DNA of 64,000 bases from Kiritimatiellia bacterium. GTDB lineage: Bacteria > Verrucomicrobiota > Kiritimatiellia > RFP12 > UBA1067. Position numbers and translations under genes: made by a program. The notes under the pieces were generated by a model. The model made no database searches. It had not been told where the DNA came from and was given only the letters and a program-made list of their open reading frames with translations. Location of the stretch: NCBI GenBank assembly GCA_050949565.1, contig JBMNFY010000015.1, forward strand, positions 32,001 to 96,000. The letters run 5' to 3'. Shown one piece after another: positions 40,162 to 49,892 of the stretch (within the stretch, counting starts at the first letter, position 1; the number at the start of each line of letters is the position of its first letter).

Positions 40162-40357
40162 ATGCTCCTTTCATTTCTTCATGCTTTACCTTTCTTCAAT
40201 CCCAAATCCAAGATCATAAATCACGCTGGCAAAACAGATGCGCGAGAATTACCATATCACCGGACATCACACAATTGAAAACGTTGTTTTAGCGTGAACA
40301 CATTGTACCGAAACACATCTTGTCCGAAGGTCGGCAATTTGATTTGATTGGGGCGTC

Positions 40358-42337
40358 TTGAGGAGGCACCTATTGAACAAATACTTTTCTTTCGTGCTGA
40401 TACTGGCCGCTGGTGTGGCAATCGCGGTGGCACCTGAACGGACGTACCCTTTCAAGCAGCCGGCCAAGATGGAGATGTTGCGGCCGGGCGAAGTGCAGCC
40501 GCAGGGCTGGCTGCGCGACTGGTGCGTCACCGCGAAAAACGGGTACATCTCGCGCATGGACGAGGTGGATCAGGCTTTTCCGCGGGCGTGGAACCGTGAC
40601 TTCCACCCGCGCGGCAAATATCTCGACTGGGTCGACCCGAATAAGGGTGCCTGGTGTACAGAGGGCGGCGCGTACTGGTTCGAGGGGCTCGTGCGTCTCG
40701 CGTGGGAATTGGACGACGCGGACTTGAAGGCGTATGCGAAGCAACGTTTGGAGCCGCTGCTGGAGCGGATGAATCCGAAAGCGATCGCATTCGTCTACTG
40801 GATGGACCGCACCGATCCCAAGCAGATGGAGGAGATCGAGCGGGCGAACCACGGATTCATCGTGGGCGCGAGCGGACGCACCACGCGCGCCATGCTCGCC
40901 TACTGGGAGGCGACCGGCGATGAACGCGCGCTCCGCGCGCTCAAGTGGTGTCTCGACGATCCGCGCTTCTACTTCTTCGGCAACCCCATCACGCTGCCAG
41001 CGGCGGGATGCGACACGTGGCGCTACTGCGGCGATGAAAAGCTCGCGGCGGCAATCGACAACTTTTTTGCCACGAAACCCTATCCGGAACGGTGGCCCGC
41101 CATGCGCTACGGCCTGCCCGTCAAGCCGGAGGCCATCCACATGCGCGCACGCACGGACAGCGATCCCAACCACAACTGGGAGTGGCGTTTGCAGCATGGG
41201 GTTCTCTGTTTCGAAAGTATGCTCTCTTGGGTCAAGGGAACGCTCTGGACCGGCGATGGCAAATACCTTGCGAATGTGCGCTCTTGGCTCGACTTTCAGG
41301 AGAAGCATACACGCCAGCCGCACGGTGTCACCGTGGCGGACGAACAGTTCGGCTGGGCCGGCCCAAACCGCGGAACAGAGACGTGCACCGTGGCGGGAGA
41401 CATCCTCCTCTACGCGACGCTCGCCGGTGTGACGGGTGAGGGACGTTTCGCGGATCATGTCGAACGTAGCTTCTTCAACGCCGGAGCGGCGTGCGTGTCG
41501 CGCGACTTCATGCGCCATGTTTACTTCCAGAGTCCGAACCGTGTCGAAGCGCACGGCAAGTTTCACGCCGGTCCCGGCGGTCAGGGCGGTATTTTCAAGA
41601 CGAAACACTGGCCGCTCTGCTGCACGGCGGCGCTTACGCGTATCCTGCCGGGATACGTGCAATGGATGTGGATGAAACCTGCTGAAGGCGGGCTCGCCGC
41701 AATACTCTACGCGCCGAACACGCTTGAAACCGAACTCGACGGCACGACGGTGAAGATCGAAACGACGACAGATTATCCGTTCAACGAGACGCTGGAGATG
41801 TCCGTAAAGACCGGCAAACCGACTACGTTCCCGCTGAAATTGCGCGTGCCGGAATGGTGCGATAAGCCGACGATCGCGGTGAACGGCGCCCCCGCGAACC
41901 TCATTGTGGGTCCCGACGGTTTCACCGTTCTGGACCGCGAATGGAAGACCGGCGAGAAGGTGACGCTGAAGTTCCCGATGGCCGCGCGATTCGAAACGAT
42001 GCGCGACTACAACAATGGCGGCAAGCCGTATTGCAGCGTCTCGTACGGTCCGCTCCTCTTTGCGTACGGGCTTCCCGAAAAGGACGAAAACACGGCAGTC
42101 GAAGGCGCGCGCAAAGAGTGGAAACTCGACTCGTCCCAATCCGCCGCCGCCATTGAAGTCGCGCGTGTGCCGATGCCCGCAAAGTGGGATTGGCCGCTCG
42201 ATGCGCCGCTCAAACTGCGGACGAAAGCGGCAGACGGCGCCGCGCTTGAACTTGTGCCGTACGGCTGCGCGAGGCTGCGCATCTCGATGTTCCCGGATGT
42301 TTCGCCGAAGTTGCCGCATTGTGAGAGGGTAAAATGA
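40358..42337 (+). CDS. Glycoside hydrolase family 127/146 (beta-L-arabinofuranosidase-like)
   Basis: V.P.GWL, ETCT, ER.FFNA, LCCT, TDYPF, LRVPEW, YGPLLFA, LVPYGC. Confidence 0.88.
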   Translation: MRRHLLNKYFSFVLILAAGVAIAVAPERTYPFKQPAKMEMLRPGEVQPQGWLRDWCVTAKNGYISRMDEVDQAFPRAWNRDFHPRGKYLDWVDPNKGAWCTEGGAYWFEGLVRLAWELDDADLKAYAKQRLEPLLERMNPKAIAFVYWMDRTDPKQMEEIERANHGFIVGASGRTTRAMLAYWEATGDERALRALKWCLDDPRFYFFGNPITLPAAGCDTWRYCGDEKLAAAIDNFFATKPYPERWPAMRYGLPVKPEAIHMRARTDSDPNHNWEWRLQHGVLCFESMLSWVKGTLWTGDGKYLANVRSWLDFQEKHTRQPHGVTVADEQFGWAGPNRGTETCTVAGDILLYATLAGVTGEGRFADHVERSFFNAGAACVSRDFMRHVYFQSPNRVEAHGKFHAGPGGQGGIFKTKHWPLCCTAALTRILPGYVQWMWMKPAEGGLAAILYAPNTLETELDGTTVKIETTTDYPFNETLEMSVKTGKPTTFPLKLRVPEWCDKPTIAVNGAPANLIVGPDGFTVLDREWKTGEKVTLKFPMAARFETMRDYNNGGKPYCSVSYGPLLFAYGLPEKDENTAVEGARKEWKLDSSQSAAAIEVARVPMPAKWDWPLDAPLKLRTKAADGAALELVPYGCARLRISMFPDVSPKLPHCERVK

Positions 42338-45273
42338 AAAAATGCCTGTTGCCGATACTTGTGTTGTTGTTGGGCTGTTCCACTATTCCGTCAGGGCGCG
42401 ATAACGTCATCAGCCGCACGCTTGAGTTCCGTCAGTATTCGCCAGTGCCCGCAGCCAACGGGGAGACCGACCTCAAGGGCAAGACCTCGGTTTTCGACAA
42501 TACGCAACGCATAGCGTTCCTCAAGACCTATTGCGACTATGCCTCCGCTTGGTACGGTGACTCGCAACTTGATTCAAAGGTGGCACCTGAACAGGAGATA
42601 CGGGCACTGATAGCGAGTATCAAGCCCCAACCGCTCCCGGAAACTCGGACCGTCAAGCGCCTAGAACAGTGGCAGGCGCTCGGTGTCCGAGAGGGTGCGC
42701 GTGAAAAAGAGTTGGCGTCGCTTAAGGTGTGGCAAGGTTACGCTGGATCAAGTGTGGCCGATGGCGTGCTGACCGCGGGCTCCGGCCTGATCCGGCATCG
42801 CCTCGCAAAACCCATGGCTTGGCGTTTCGAGGCCAAGTGGCGCGCAAAGGCCGACCGCTGGAGCGAGTGCGCTTTCGCGCTTTCACAAGACGGCAAGGAT
42901 TGCGTGTGCGCAGGCTTCGGTGCGGACGGCAAGTTGTTCTGCGTCTCAGCTGGAAAACGTCGAAAGCTCGCCGGTTATCAAAAGGGCAAATGGATGGAAT
43001 TCCATGTCGAGGTCGACGTGCAGGAGCGGGAATTCAACCTGTATGTTGACGGCGCGCGCCTCGTCTATGGAGCCGCCCTTGCCGACAATAACGTCACCCA
43101 AGCCGACACCTTTGCAATCAAATCCTCCGGCACGGTACAGGTGGACTCGGTGTATGCCCTGAATTACGTGCAGCGCAAAGACGATGTGAGCGTACCGTAC
43201 GAAGCCGAGCTTTTGGCGGACGAGACTTTCGATATCCGCCCGTTGACGGAGGGCTGGACGTTGCCGGATTATGACGATCGCCCTTGGAAACCGGTGGTGC
43301 TGCCGTATGCCCATGGCGGCGTGCGGTTCGCGGGTGAGGATCTGTACCTGCGCAAGAGGGTCAAGGTCGGTCAATTCGCGAAGGCGGTCCTGCGCATCGA
43401 GACTCTTGATCCAAGCGGCGAAATTTATGTGAATGGAAAAAAGGCGGCTGTTATTGACGGACGCCATCCGGTGCGGCTGGACATCACGGAGCATCTGCGT
43501 CCCGAAAGTGAAAACCTGCTTGCTCTTAAGGTCAACCACCGCCTGCTGCCCAACCCGATGCACCACTGTTGCGCGGACTTAAACATCGGCTGGTTTGCTG
43601 GACGCGCCCAACTCGAACTGAGCGACGCGGTTTCCGTCGAGCGTGTGCTGGTCCACACCTCGAAGCTGGAAGCCGACAAGGCGTTCCAAACGCATGCGAT
43701 CCTGTTCGAGAACCGCTCGCGTGAGCCGTTCAGTGGCAGCGTCACGATTCATTACGCCCCGTGGACGCCGCGCGAGGGCCGCGCGGTTGCTAAGCACTCC
43801 TTCGACATCACTGTGCCTGCCGAGAACTCGGTCGAACACGCTTTCACCATGTGTCTGGAAAAACCGCAGCTTTGGAACTGGCGTGCCCCCCGCCTCTACA
43901 AGGTGCGGGCGGAGTTGCGGGATGCGAGTGGCAAGCTTATCGACGACAGCGTCTTGACCACCGGCATACGCACCGTGGAGCAGACCGGCGGGCGGCTGCT
44001 TGTGAACGGACAAGAAGAGATGCTCAACGGCGTGCAGATCATGGGCTTCAGGATGCCGGTAGAGACTCTAGCGCGCTACAACCGCTGCGCCACTCTTGAA
44101 CAATTAGCGGAAGAACTAATCATGACGCGCAAGTGCGGCTCAAACCTGCTGCGTGTGCATGTCCATGCGGCCGAGGCCACAGCCGACGGCATCAACGATC
44201 CCCGCATACCGGAAATGTGCGACCAATTGGGTATCATGCTGGCTTGGCAAACGCCGTCTTGGATACGTGAGGGGGCCTGGGAGGCGATTGACTTCACCAA
44301 CTTTGCCGCTTATGCCCGGCAGGTTTACAACAGCCCCAGTATCGTGAACTGGGAGCTGAGCAACCACCCCAACAAGTTCAAAGGCAAGGGACTCAAATAT
44401 TCCACTGATTTTGTCGAGTCTACCATGCGTTGCGTGTTGGCGGTTGACTCAAGCCGTCTGATCACGCCGACAACCTTCTGGCAGCACACCCTCATCAAGG
44501 ATGATCGCGGAACAACAAGTAAAGACGGTGAAAAGATCAAGGCACCTGACTTGTACACGCATCCGCTCTGTACCAGGGGAACGCAGGATGCCGTGACCGG
44601 ATACGGTGCTGATTGGGGGAAACTCCGGAATTGGCCCCAAGGGTTCTCGCTTGATGTTCTGCAGAACCAGGAACGCCCGTTTTTCAATTGGGAACATGAG
44701 GAGAGCATCGCGCAGCCGAACTGGGAGCTTTCAAAAGGGAAACCCTGGCACTTGTTCCACTCATACGAGCACGGATATGATGTCGGAAGTATCGGCAGGA
44801 AACTTGATTTCGGCGAATGGCGCGCCAGCCAAGGCTTCCAGGCTTTTGCCGCCTACGAATCAATGAAGAAACAGCGACTGCACGGGGTCGACGGTTTTTC
44901 GTGGTGTTGTCTGCGCGGTGGTGCCAACTCCGGAACCTATAAAAAACCGCTAATCGACTCACTTGGACACGCAAAGCTGGCTTGGCATATTCACAAGACC
45001 GTCTTTCAAAGGGTTTTCGCGGGTAGCGACAATGTCGATGTTGTTTACGGTCCTGATGATCGCATCACGCCGGTCATCATGAATCTCGACGAGGCGAAGA
45101 CCGTCGATCTTCAGATTATCGTTCGCAACACTGACGGGCAGGAAGTCCAACGCTTCACCTTTGAAAATATCGCTCTAAAAAATGGGCGCAACGAAACCCG
45201 CTTAGAGCCGATCAAAGTCGATTTCCCGAAACCCGGCGCTTACGCGATCGAGTATTTGGTGACCGCCTATTAA
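42334..45273 (+). CDS. Glycoside hydrolase family 2-like lipoprotein
   Basis: Lipobox LLGC; PQLW..PRLY, TGIRTV, LLVNG, NLLRVH, CDQLGIM, NSPSIVNWELSN. Confidence 0.8.
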   Translation: MKKCLLPILVLLLGCSTIPSGRDNVISRTLEFRQYSPVPAANGETDLKGKTSVFDNTQRIAFLKTYCDYASAWYGDSQLDSKVAPEQEIRALIASIKPQPLPETRTVKRLEQWQALGVREGAREKELASLKVWQGYAGSSVADGVLTAGSGLIRHRLAKPMAWRFEAKWRAKADRWSECAFALSQDGKDCVCAGFGADGKLFCVSAGKRRKLAGYQKGKWMEFHVEVDVQEREFNLYVDGARLVYGAALADNNVTQADTFAIKSSGTVQVDSVYALNYVQRKDDVSVPYEAELLADETFDIRPLTEGWTLPDYDDRPWKPVVLPYAHGGVRFAGEDLYLRKRVKVGQFAKAVLRIETLDPSGEIYVNGKKAAVIDGRHPVRLDITEHLRPESENLLALKVNHRLLPNPMHHCCADLNIGWFAGRAQLELSDAVSVERVLVHTSKLEADKAFQTHAILFENRSREPFSGSVTIHYAPWTPREGRAVAKHSFDITVPAENSVEHAFTMCLEKPQLWNWRAPRLYKVRAELRDASGKLIDDSVLTTGIRTVEQTGGRLLVNGQEEMLNGVQIMGFRMPVETLARYNRCATLEQLAEELIMTRKCGSNLLRVHVHAAEATADGINDPRIPEMCDQLGIMLAWQTPSWIREGAWEAIDFTNFAAYARQVYNSPSIVNWELSNHPNKFKGKGLKYSTDFVESTMRCVLAVDSSRLITPTTFWQHTLIKDDRGTTSKDGEKIKAPDLYTHPLCTRGTQDAVTGYGADWGKLRNWPQGFSLDVLQNQERPFFNWEHEESIAQPNWELSKGKPWHLFHSYEHGYDVGSIGRKLDFGEWRASQGFQAFAAYESMKKQRLHGVDGFSWCCLRGGANSGTYKKPLIDSLGHAKLAWHIHKTVFQRVFAGSDNVDVVYGPDDRITPVIMNLDEAKTVDLQIIVRNTDGQEVQRFTFENIALKNGRNETRLEPIKVDFPKPGAYAIEYLVTAY

Positions 45274-45550
45274 TGCCTTATCGGCCGACAAAACCAATAA
45301 AAACAAGTTGTTTTCACCCTCGTCCTTTTGAAGGCTTACGACGACTACGCGACTACGCGATCGCTCAAAAAACCGGTTGCGGTCATTGCCTGAAAAGGGT
45401 ACGATCCGAGGCAGATCGTTCGCAGTGAACGTTCAGCCTGAGCAATGAACGCATGAGATAGAAAAGACCTTTCGCCACGCTGATTTTTGCGCTTTCGCGC
45501 GGAGCGGGATTCGCGCCCTTTCCGTGCAAGAGGGGGGAGGAGTTCCGTCA

Positions 45551-46951
45551 ATGAAAGGTCTTGCCACATTCCAGTGCGCCGCCGTTTTTCTGGCGGCCGC
45601 CGCTGCCGCCCTCCTGGTGTCCGGCGCGGACATCGTCAGCACGGCGGTCCCGCCGCCCGTCTCCGCCGACACCGAGAGATGCGTCCACCTCGCCGTGCCG
45701 CCGCTGGCCGGCAAGGACTTCATCAAGGTCTCGATGTCTTTCAACGCCTCGCCGTCCAACAGCCTCGCGATCGCCTTCGGCGCGGACGCGGACGGCGACG
45801 GCCGGCTCTCGCTGCGCGAGCAGGCGGCCGGGCTGGGCTGGGACAACGGCGTCTGGTTCGTCCGGCGTCCGGGCGCGTCCGCATGGGAGCGGCTGGAGGA
45901 GGCGGGCGCGGCGGGGCCGCGCCTGCTGGAGGCCGTGCTGTGGCTGCGCTCCGCGACATCCGGCCCGCGCCTCGTCCTGTCGGTCGACGGGACGCCCGCC
46001 GCGTGCGGCGCGCGGGCGGCCGGCTGGGTGCCGCTCTCCGCGCTGGAGAACGGGACGGTGCGCGTGACCGCGCGCGGGCATGGCGTGGAGGGCGCGGGGC
46101 GCGTCGCCTTCGCCGGCGGCAGCACCGGCCCCGAGGTCGCCGTGACCGCGACATCGACCGGCGCCTTCCGGCTGGAGGCCGACATCAAGGGCCTCGTCAT
46201 CACCCCGCCCCACGTCCGGCCTTTCTTCACCGGCACCGTCCTTCCCGCCGTCAACGTGCCCGTCACCGTCTGGATCGTGAGAGACGGAAACGGCGAAAAC
46301 CCTGCCCGCGACGCCGCCGAGATCCCCGGTCTTCTGACGGACGCCAACAAGATCCTGTGGCAGAACGGGCTGACACTGGTCCAGAGCGGGACGGTGCATT
46401 ACGCCGACAATGCCGCATGGCTGAACCCGAGCAACACCACGCCGGCGGCCGTGCAGAACTTTGACGCCCTCATGGACTGCTCGTCGGGCACCGGCGGCGT
46501 GGAGCTTTATTTCGTGCGGACGATCACGGGGGGAAACAGGAATCTTAATGGCATCAAACGAGACAAGGGCATTGCCATAGCCGCGATCGGCGATGCGAGC
46601 ACGATCGCGCACGAGGTGCTGCACGCCTGCGGCCTCGTCGACATCTATCCCCAGATAACGGTTCTTCCGCAGGAGGATAAGGTCTCCATCCCGGACGTGT
46701 GCGCGCCGGAGATGCTGCCGTCCGACTGGTGCGGCGGTTATTACGAGCCGGGGCTGATGCAGAAGTTCGTGGTCGCCCGCCTGATCATGAGTCCGACGGG
46801 TTATGGGAACGTGCCGCTGCCCCGGGCCGATATCCCGTCAGGGAGTGTGTGGGGATATCGCAATTTCAGTACGACGGGCGATCCGGCCGATGAGTTGGAG
46901 TTGAGGAACGTCGGCCTGTCCGGCTGTCATCAGAATCCGGTCAGCGAATGA
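45551..46951 (+). CDS. Secreted protein with C-terminal zincin (HExxH) metallopeptidase domain
   Basis: Signal peptide MKGLATFQCAAVFLAAAAAALLVSGA; TIAHEVLHACGLVD; Met-turn-like RLIM. Confidence 0.75.
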   Translation: MKGLATFQCAAVFLAAAAAALLVSGADIVSTAVPPPVSADTERCVHLAVPPLAGKDFIKVSMSFNASPSNSLAIAFGADADGDGRLSLREQAAGLGWDNGVWFVRRPGASAWERLEEAGAAGPRLLEAVLWLRSATSGPRLVLSVDGTPAACGARAAGWVPLSALENGTVRVTARGHGVEGAGRVAFAGGSTGPEVAVTATSTGAFRLEADIKGLVITPPHVRPFFTGTVLPAVNVPVTVWIVRDGNGENPARDAAEIPGLLTDANKILWQNGLTLVQSGTVHYADNAAWLNPSNTTPAAVQNFDALMDCSSGTGGVELYFVRTITGGNRNLNGIKRDKGIAIAAIGDASTIAHEVLHACGLVDIYPQITVLPQEDKVSIPDVCAPEMLPSDWCGGYYEPGLMQKFVVARLIMSPTGYGNVPLPRADIPSGSVWGYRNFSTTGDPADELELRNVGLSGCHQNPVSE

Positions 46952-46961
46952 GGAGGAGAAC

Positions 46962-47939
46962 ATGAGAAAGGTACTGTTGTTTTATGTCGTGACCATCGCG
47001 TTGATGTCTGCGGCCCAAAATCCGGGCGCAAGACCCTTCGACGACGAGGCCATACGCGACATGCTTGAAGGTTTTGCGATCATGGAGGCGGACAATGAGG
47101 GCGATCCCCACCAGCAGAATCTGCCGACCGTGGCGGACTGCTATCGGATGATGGAGAAGCGGTGCGAGGAAGCAGGTGTTGACAAGCGGCGCATCCTCGA
47201 CGTAGCCAAGGAAGAGATAGACAAGTGTGCCGCCTACGTGAAAAGCACCGGGCGGACGTCCATTGCCATCAATGCGGTGAGGTTGCTGGACCTCGTGGCG
47301 CACTCTGGTGACCGTTCGCTCCTGCCCTATCTGGAGGAAAAGAGCCTTGATCCTGAAACCCTCAAGTTCATCCGTTCTGCCGCTGCGGAGGTCTATGTCA
47401 ATATCGCGAGTGTGGAGGAGTGCATTGAGTTCATGAGAAAAGCCTTTGGCATCAACGCTGATAAGGGGTTTTGGCGATCCAGGGTCACTCCTCTGTTCTT
47501 GGGAAAAATGGAGTCCGCGATTGCAAACCGCTCTGTTTCTGATGAAACCGAAGAACGGCTTTTGTCGCTTCTTATGGCATATACGCAAATCACATCGTAT
47601 GCAAGCGAAGCCTCATGGGTGGATGATTTTCTGGTCAAACACTGTTACGGCTACAGGATGAGCGAGCAACGCTTATCGCTATGGAGCAGGATATTGGACG
47701 AGGATAAAGAAAATGAGTTGAAGAGAAAAAACTACCTTCCAATTAGAGAGGCGATTGAGGCCATCCCCCCCCGAAAACGCACTGACCTGCGCAAGCGTTT
47801 TCCCGATCTGCCGCCGTTACCGGGTGACGCGCCCGCTAGAAGCCCCGTGAAGGTCGCTATCGCCGTCGTCGCGGGAATTGTCGCAGTGGTAGCGGCATGG
47901 CTCATCTTGCGGCGGAAAAAGGCGCATGAAGCGGCGTGA
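46962..47939 (+). CDS. Membrane-anchored helical protein, putative partner/immunity protein
   Basis: Strong RBS GAGGAG; signal peptide; C-terminal TM plus RRKK; immediately follows the peptidase gene. Confidence 0.6.
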   Translation: MRKVLLFYVVTIALMSAAQNPGARPFDDEAIRDMLEGFAIMEADNEGDPHQQNLPTVADCYRMMEKRCEEAGVDKRRILDVAKEEIDKCAAYVKSTGRTSIAINAVRLLDLVAHSGDRSLLPYLEEKSLDPETLKFIRSAAAEVYVNIASVEECIEFMRKAFGINADKGFWRSRVTPLFLGKMESAIANRSVSDETEERLLSLLMAYTQITSYASEASWVDDFLVKHCYGYRMSEQRLSLWSRILDEDKENELKRKNYLPIREAIEAIPPRKRTDLRKRFPDLPPLPGDAPARSPVKVAIAVVAGIVAVVAAWLILRRKKAHEAA

Positions 47940-48399
47940 CAGCATGGGCAATGCGGTGGAGTTGTACTTTGTGAATACGCTTGAGGGAGGGGCGGTTGGA
48001 GGGGTACGTCGGCCGGAGGGCATCGTCATCGCGGCCAACGGCGATGGTCAAACACTGGCGCACGAGGTGATGCACAACTGCGGGCTTGAGGACATCTACA
48101 CGGTCGAGAATCCCAATGGGTCGGATCCCAACCCGGTCTCCGGGCCGGTCTCCGCAGAGCGCATTCCCGCCGACTGGGGCGGGGGCTACTATCCGCCGGG
48201 GCTGGCGCAGCGGAGCCTGATCACGCGGCTCCTCATGCGTGGGGAACACTTCGGCCCCGAACCTTCGTTTTCGGGAAGCATATGCCTGCCGCGCGGCACC
48301 GTCTACGGGTGGCGGAACGCCGGGAGCGGCACCGTCAGAACGCTGGGCAATGCCAGGGTCGGCCAGAGTGCTATCCAGCGGAACCCCGGCAGCTATTAA
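47926..48399 (+). CDS. Orphan C-terminal metallopeptidase cassette, paralog of the 45551 C-terminus
   Basis: VELYFV..GG..GI.IAA.GD..T.AHEVMHNCGL.DIY...P.DW.GGYY.PGL.Q...RL.M...P.G.V.G.RN collinear with the last about 155 aa of 45551; no signal peptide. Confidence 0.8.
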   Translation: MKRRDSMGNAVELYFVNTLEGGAVGGVRRPEGIVIAANGDGQTLAHEVMHNCGLEDIYTVENPNGSDPNPVSGPVSAERIPADWGGGYYPPGLAQRSLITRLLMRGEHFGPEPSFSGSICLPRGTVYGWRNAGSGTVRTLGNARVGQSAIQRNPGSY

Positions 48400-48450
48400 C
48401 AAGGAGATTAGGTATGACGCTACGAACACACAAGGTCTACGGTTTTATCT

Positions 48451-49892
48451 AAGGAGTTTCCCCAAAAAATCTGGTCATTCCAGAAAGACCAGTCCGAGCG
48501 GGTTTGATTCGGGGTCTGGCGGCTTGTAGCCGTACCATTTCCCGTGGCGCGTGAAGAGCCTCCCGAGGCCGTCGGCGACGGCGTAGTGGAGGAACTCGGC
48601 CACGCCGTAGATGCGCTTGGCGGCGTGGGTGATGTTGGTCGTCAGGATCTCGCAGCGCAGCCGTCCGGCCAGCCAGACGCAGTTGAAGTAGATGACGGCC
48701 AGCAGCAGAGCGACCATGTTTTTCAGGCGCCGGTACGTCAGGACCCGGATGTCCTCGAGGTTGTAGCTCTGCTTGACGAAGCGGATCGCGTCCTCGACGC
48801 GCCACCGCGTCAGATAGCCCTCGACGACCTGCCACAGGGACTTGCGCGACGTCGTCCCGGCCAGCGTGGTCAGCAGGAGCATCGGCCGCTCGCCGAACCC
48901 CTTCACCACGACCATGCGCAGGGGCTTGTCGGGCCTCTGCGGCAGGGCGACGGTCATGGCGCCGAACTCCAGCTTATAGCTTTTCACCCCGTCCCCCGTC
49001 TCCCTCGTGACGATCTCGATGTGCTTCATGGGGCAGGATGCCGCCAGTTCTTCGGCCAGCGCGGTCCGCCGGCCGTGGAGCAGGTTGCGGTTGCCCACGA
49101 GGCGCACGATGTAGTCCAGTTTGCGCCGGTCCAGGCCGTCGAACAGCCAGTCTCCGTCGCCTCCGCGGTCGATGACGTAGATGCCGCGCTTCTTCGCGCG
49201 GGAGCTGATCTGGTCGATGACGCCGAGCACCTCGTCGTTCTGGCTGATGAAGCCCTCCGCCTCGCTCGACCACAGCCGCATGTGCAACGGCGTGATCCGG
49301 CGGCCGCCGCTCTCGCAGGCGACCGCCAGGCAGGCGCTGTATCCGTTGCCGATCTCCCCCGTGCTCCCGTCCCGGACGCGGGCGAGATATTCCATCTTCT
49401 TCGCGTACAGCTTACGGATGTCGGTCGGGTCGATGACGATCAGCGTGTCCTGATGGACGTGACGCGAGCCCAGACGGGCGACAGCGTCGGAAATCCCCTG
49501 CTCGATGCCCTCGCTCCCGAGCATCCGGCTCAGCCTGTCCTCCAGTTTCTTCATCGATATCGGCTCGTCGAGCGCGCGGGCGATCCGGCTGAGCTTCACG
49601 TCCTGCGACGCCTGTATCCCGTAGACCATGTCGCCCACGAACTTGCCGAGCGGCTTGGAAAACCGGGGGGAAAGTTCCCCCAAAAAATTCTTGAGTTGCT
49701 CTCGCGCTTTGAACGCCGTTGCGCTATGATTCACGTCGGTTTTCCTTTCCGGTTTTTGGTTGAACCGCCATTTTGGCAGAACCGGCGGAGGAAAACCACT
49801 TTTTCACTTTCAGGCACGCCCGTCAGAGACGCATCCCCTTTGTTTTCAAGGACTTAGATATAATTGCCCCCGATTTTTTGGGGAAAGTCCTT
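48451..49892 (-). mobile_element. IS4-family-like insertion sequence
   Basis: TIRs AAGGAGTTTCCCCAAAAAATC / GATTTTTTGGGGAAAGTCCTT; 8-bp direct repeat TTTTATCT at 48443-48450 and 49893-49900. Confidence 0.92.
48475..49734 (-). CDS. DDE transposase (IS4-like)
   Basis: IVIDPTD, VIDRGGD, YLTRWRVEDAIRFVK (YREK signature). Confidence 0.92.
   Translation of the reverse strand: MNHSATAFKAREQLKNFLGELSPRFSKPLGKFVGDMVYGIQASQDVKLSRIARALDEPISMKKLEDRLSRMLGSEGIEQGISDAVARLGSRHVHQDTLIVIDPTDIRKLYAKKMEYLARVRDGSTGEIGNGYSACLAVACESGGRRITPLHMRLWSSEAEGFISQNDEVLGVIDQISSRAKKRGIYVIDRGGDGDWLFDGLDRRKLDYIVRLVGNRNLLHGRRTALAEELAASCPMKHIEIVTRETGDGVKSYKLEFGAMTVALPQRPDKPLRMVVVKGFGERPMLLLTTLAGTTSRKSLWQVVEGYLTRWRVEDAIRFVKQSYNLEDIRVLTYRRLKNMVALLLAVIYFNCVWLAGRLRCEILTTNITHAAKRIYGVAEFLHYAVADGLGRLFTRHGKWYGYKPPDPESNPLGLVFLE

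Noticed and set aside
40370-42319. 649-aa minus-strand ORF
   Set aside because: Antisense shadow of the GH127 gene, typical of high-GC DNA; no motifs
47800-47939. PEP-CTERM exosortase substrate
   Set aside because: TM plus basic tail is present but there is no PEP motif; more likely a plain membrane anchor
46490-48399. DGR template/variable repeat pair
   Set aside because: Differences between the two peptidase copies involve all bases, synonymous changes and indels rather than adenine-only changes; no reverse transcriptase in the window
48544-49857. 437-aa plus-strand ORF in the IS (likewise 61096-62457 minus)
   Set aside because: Antisense shadows of the transposases
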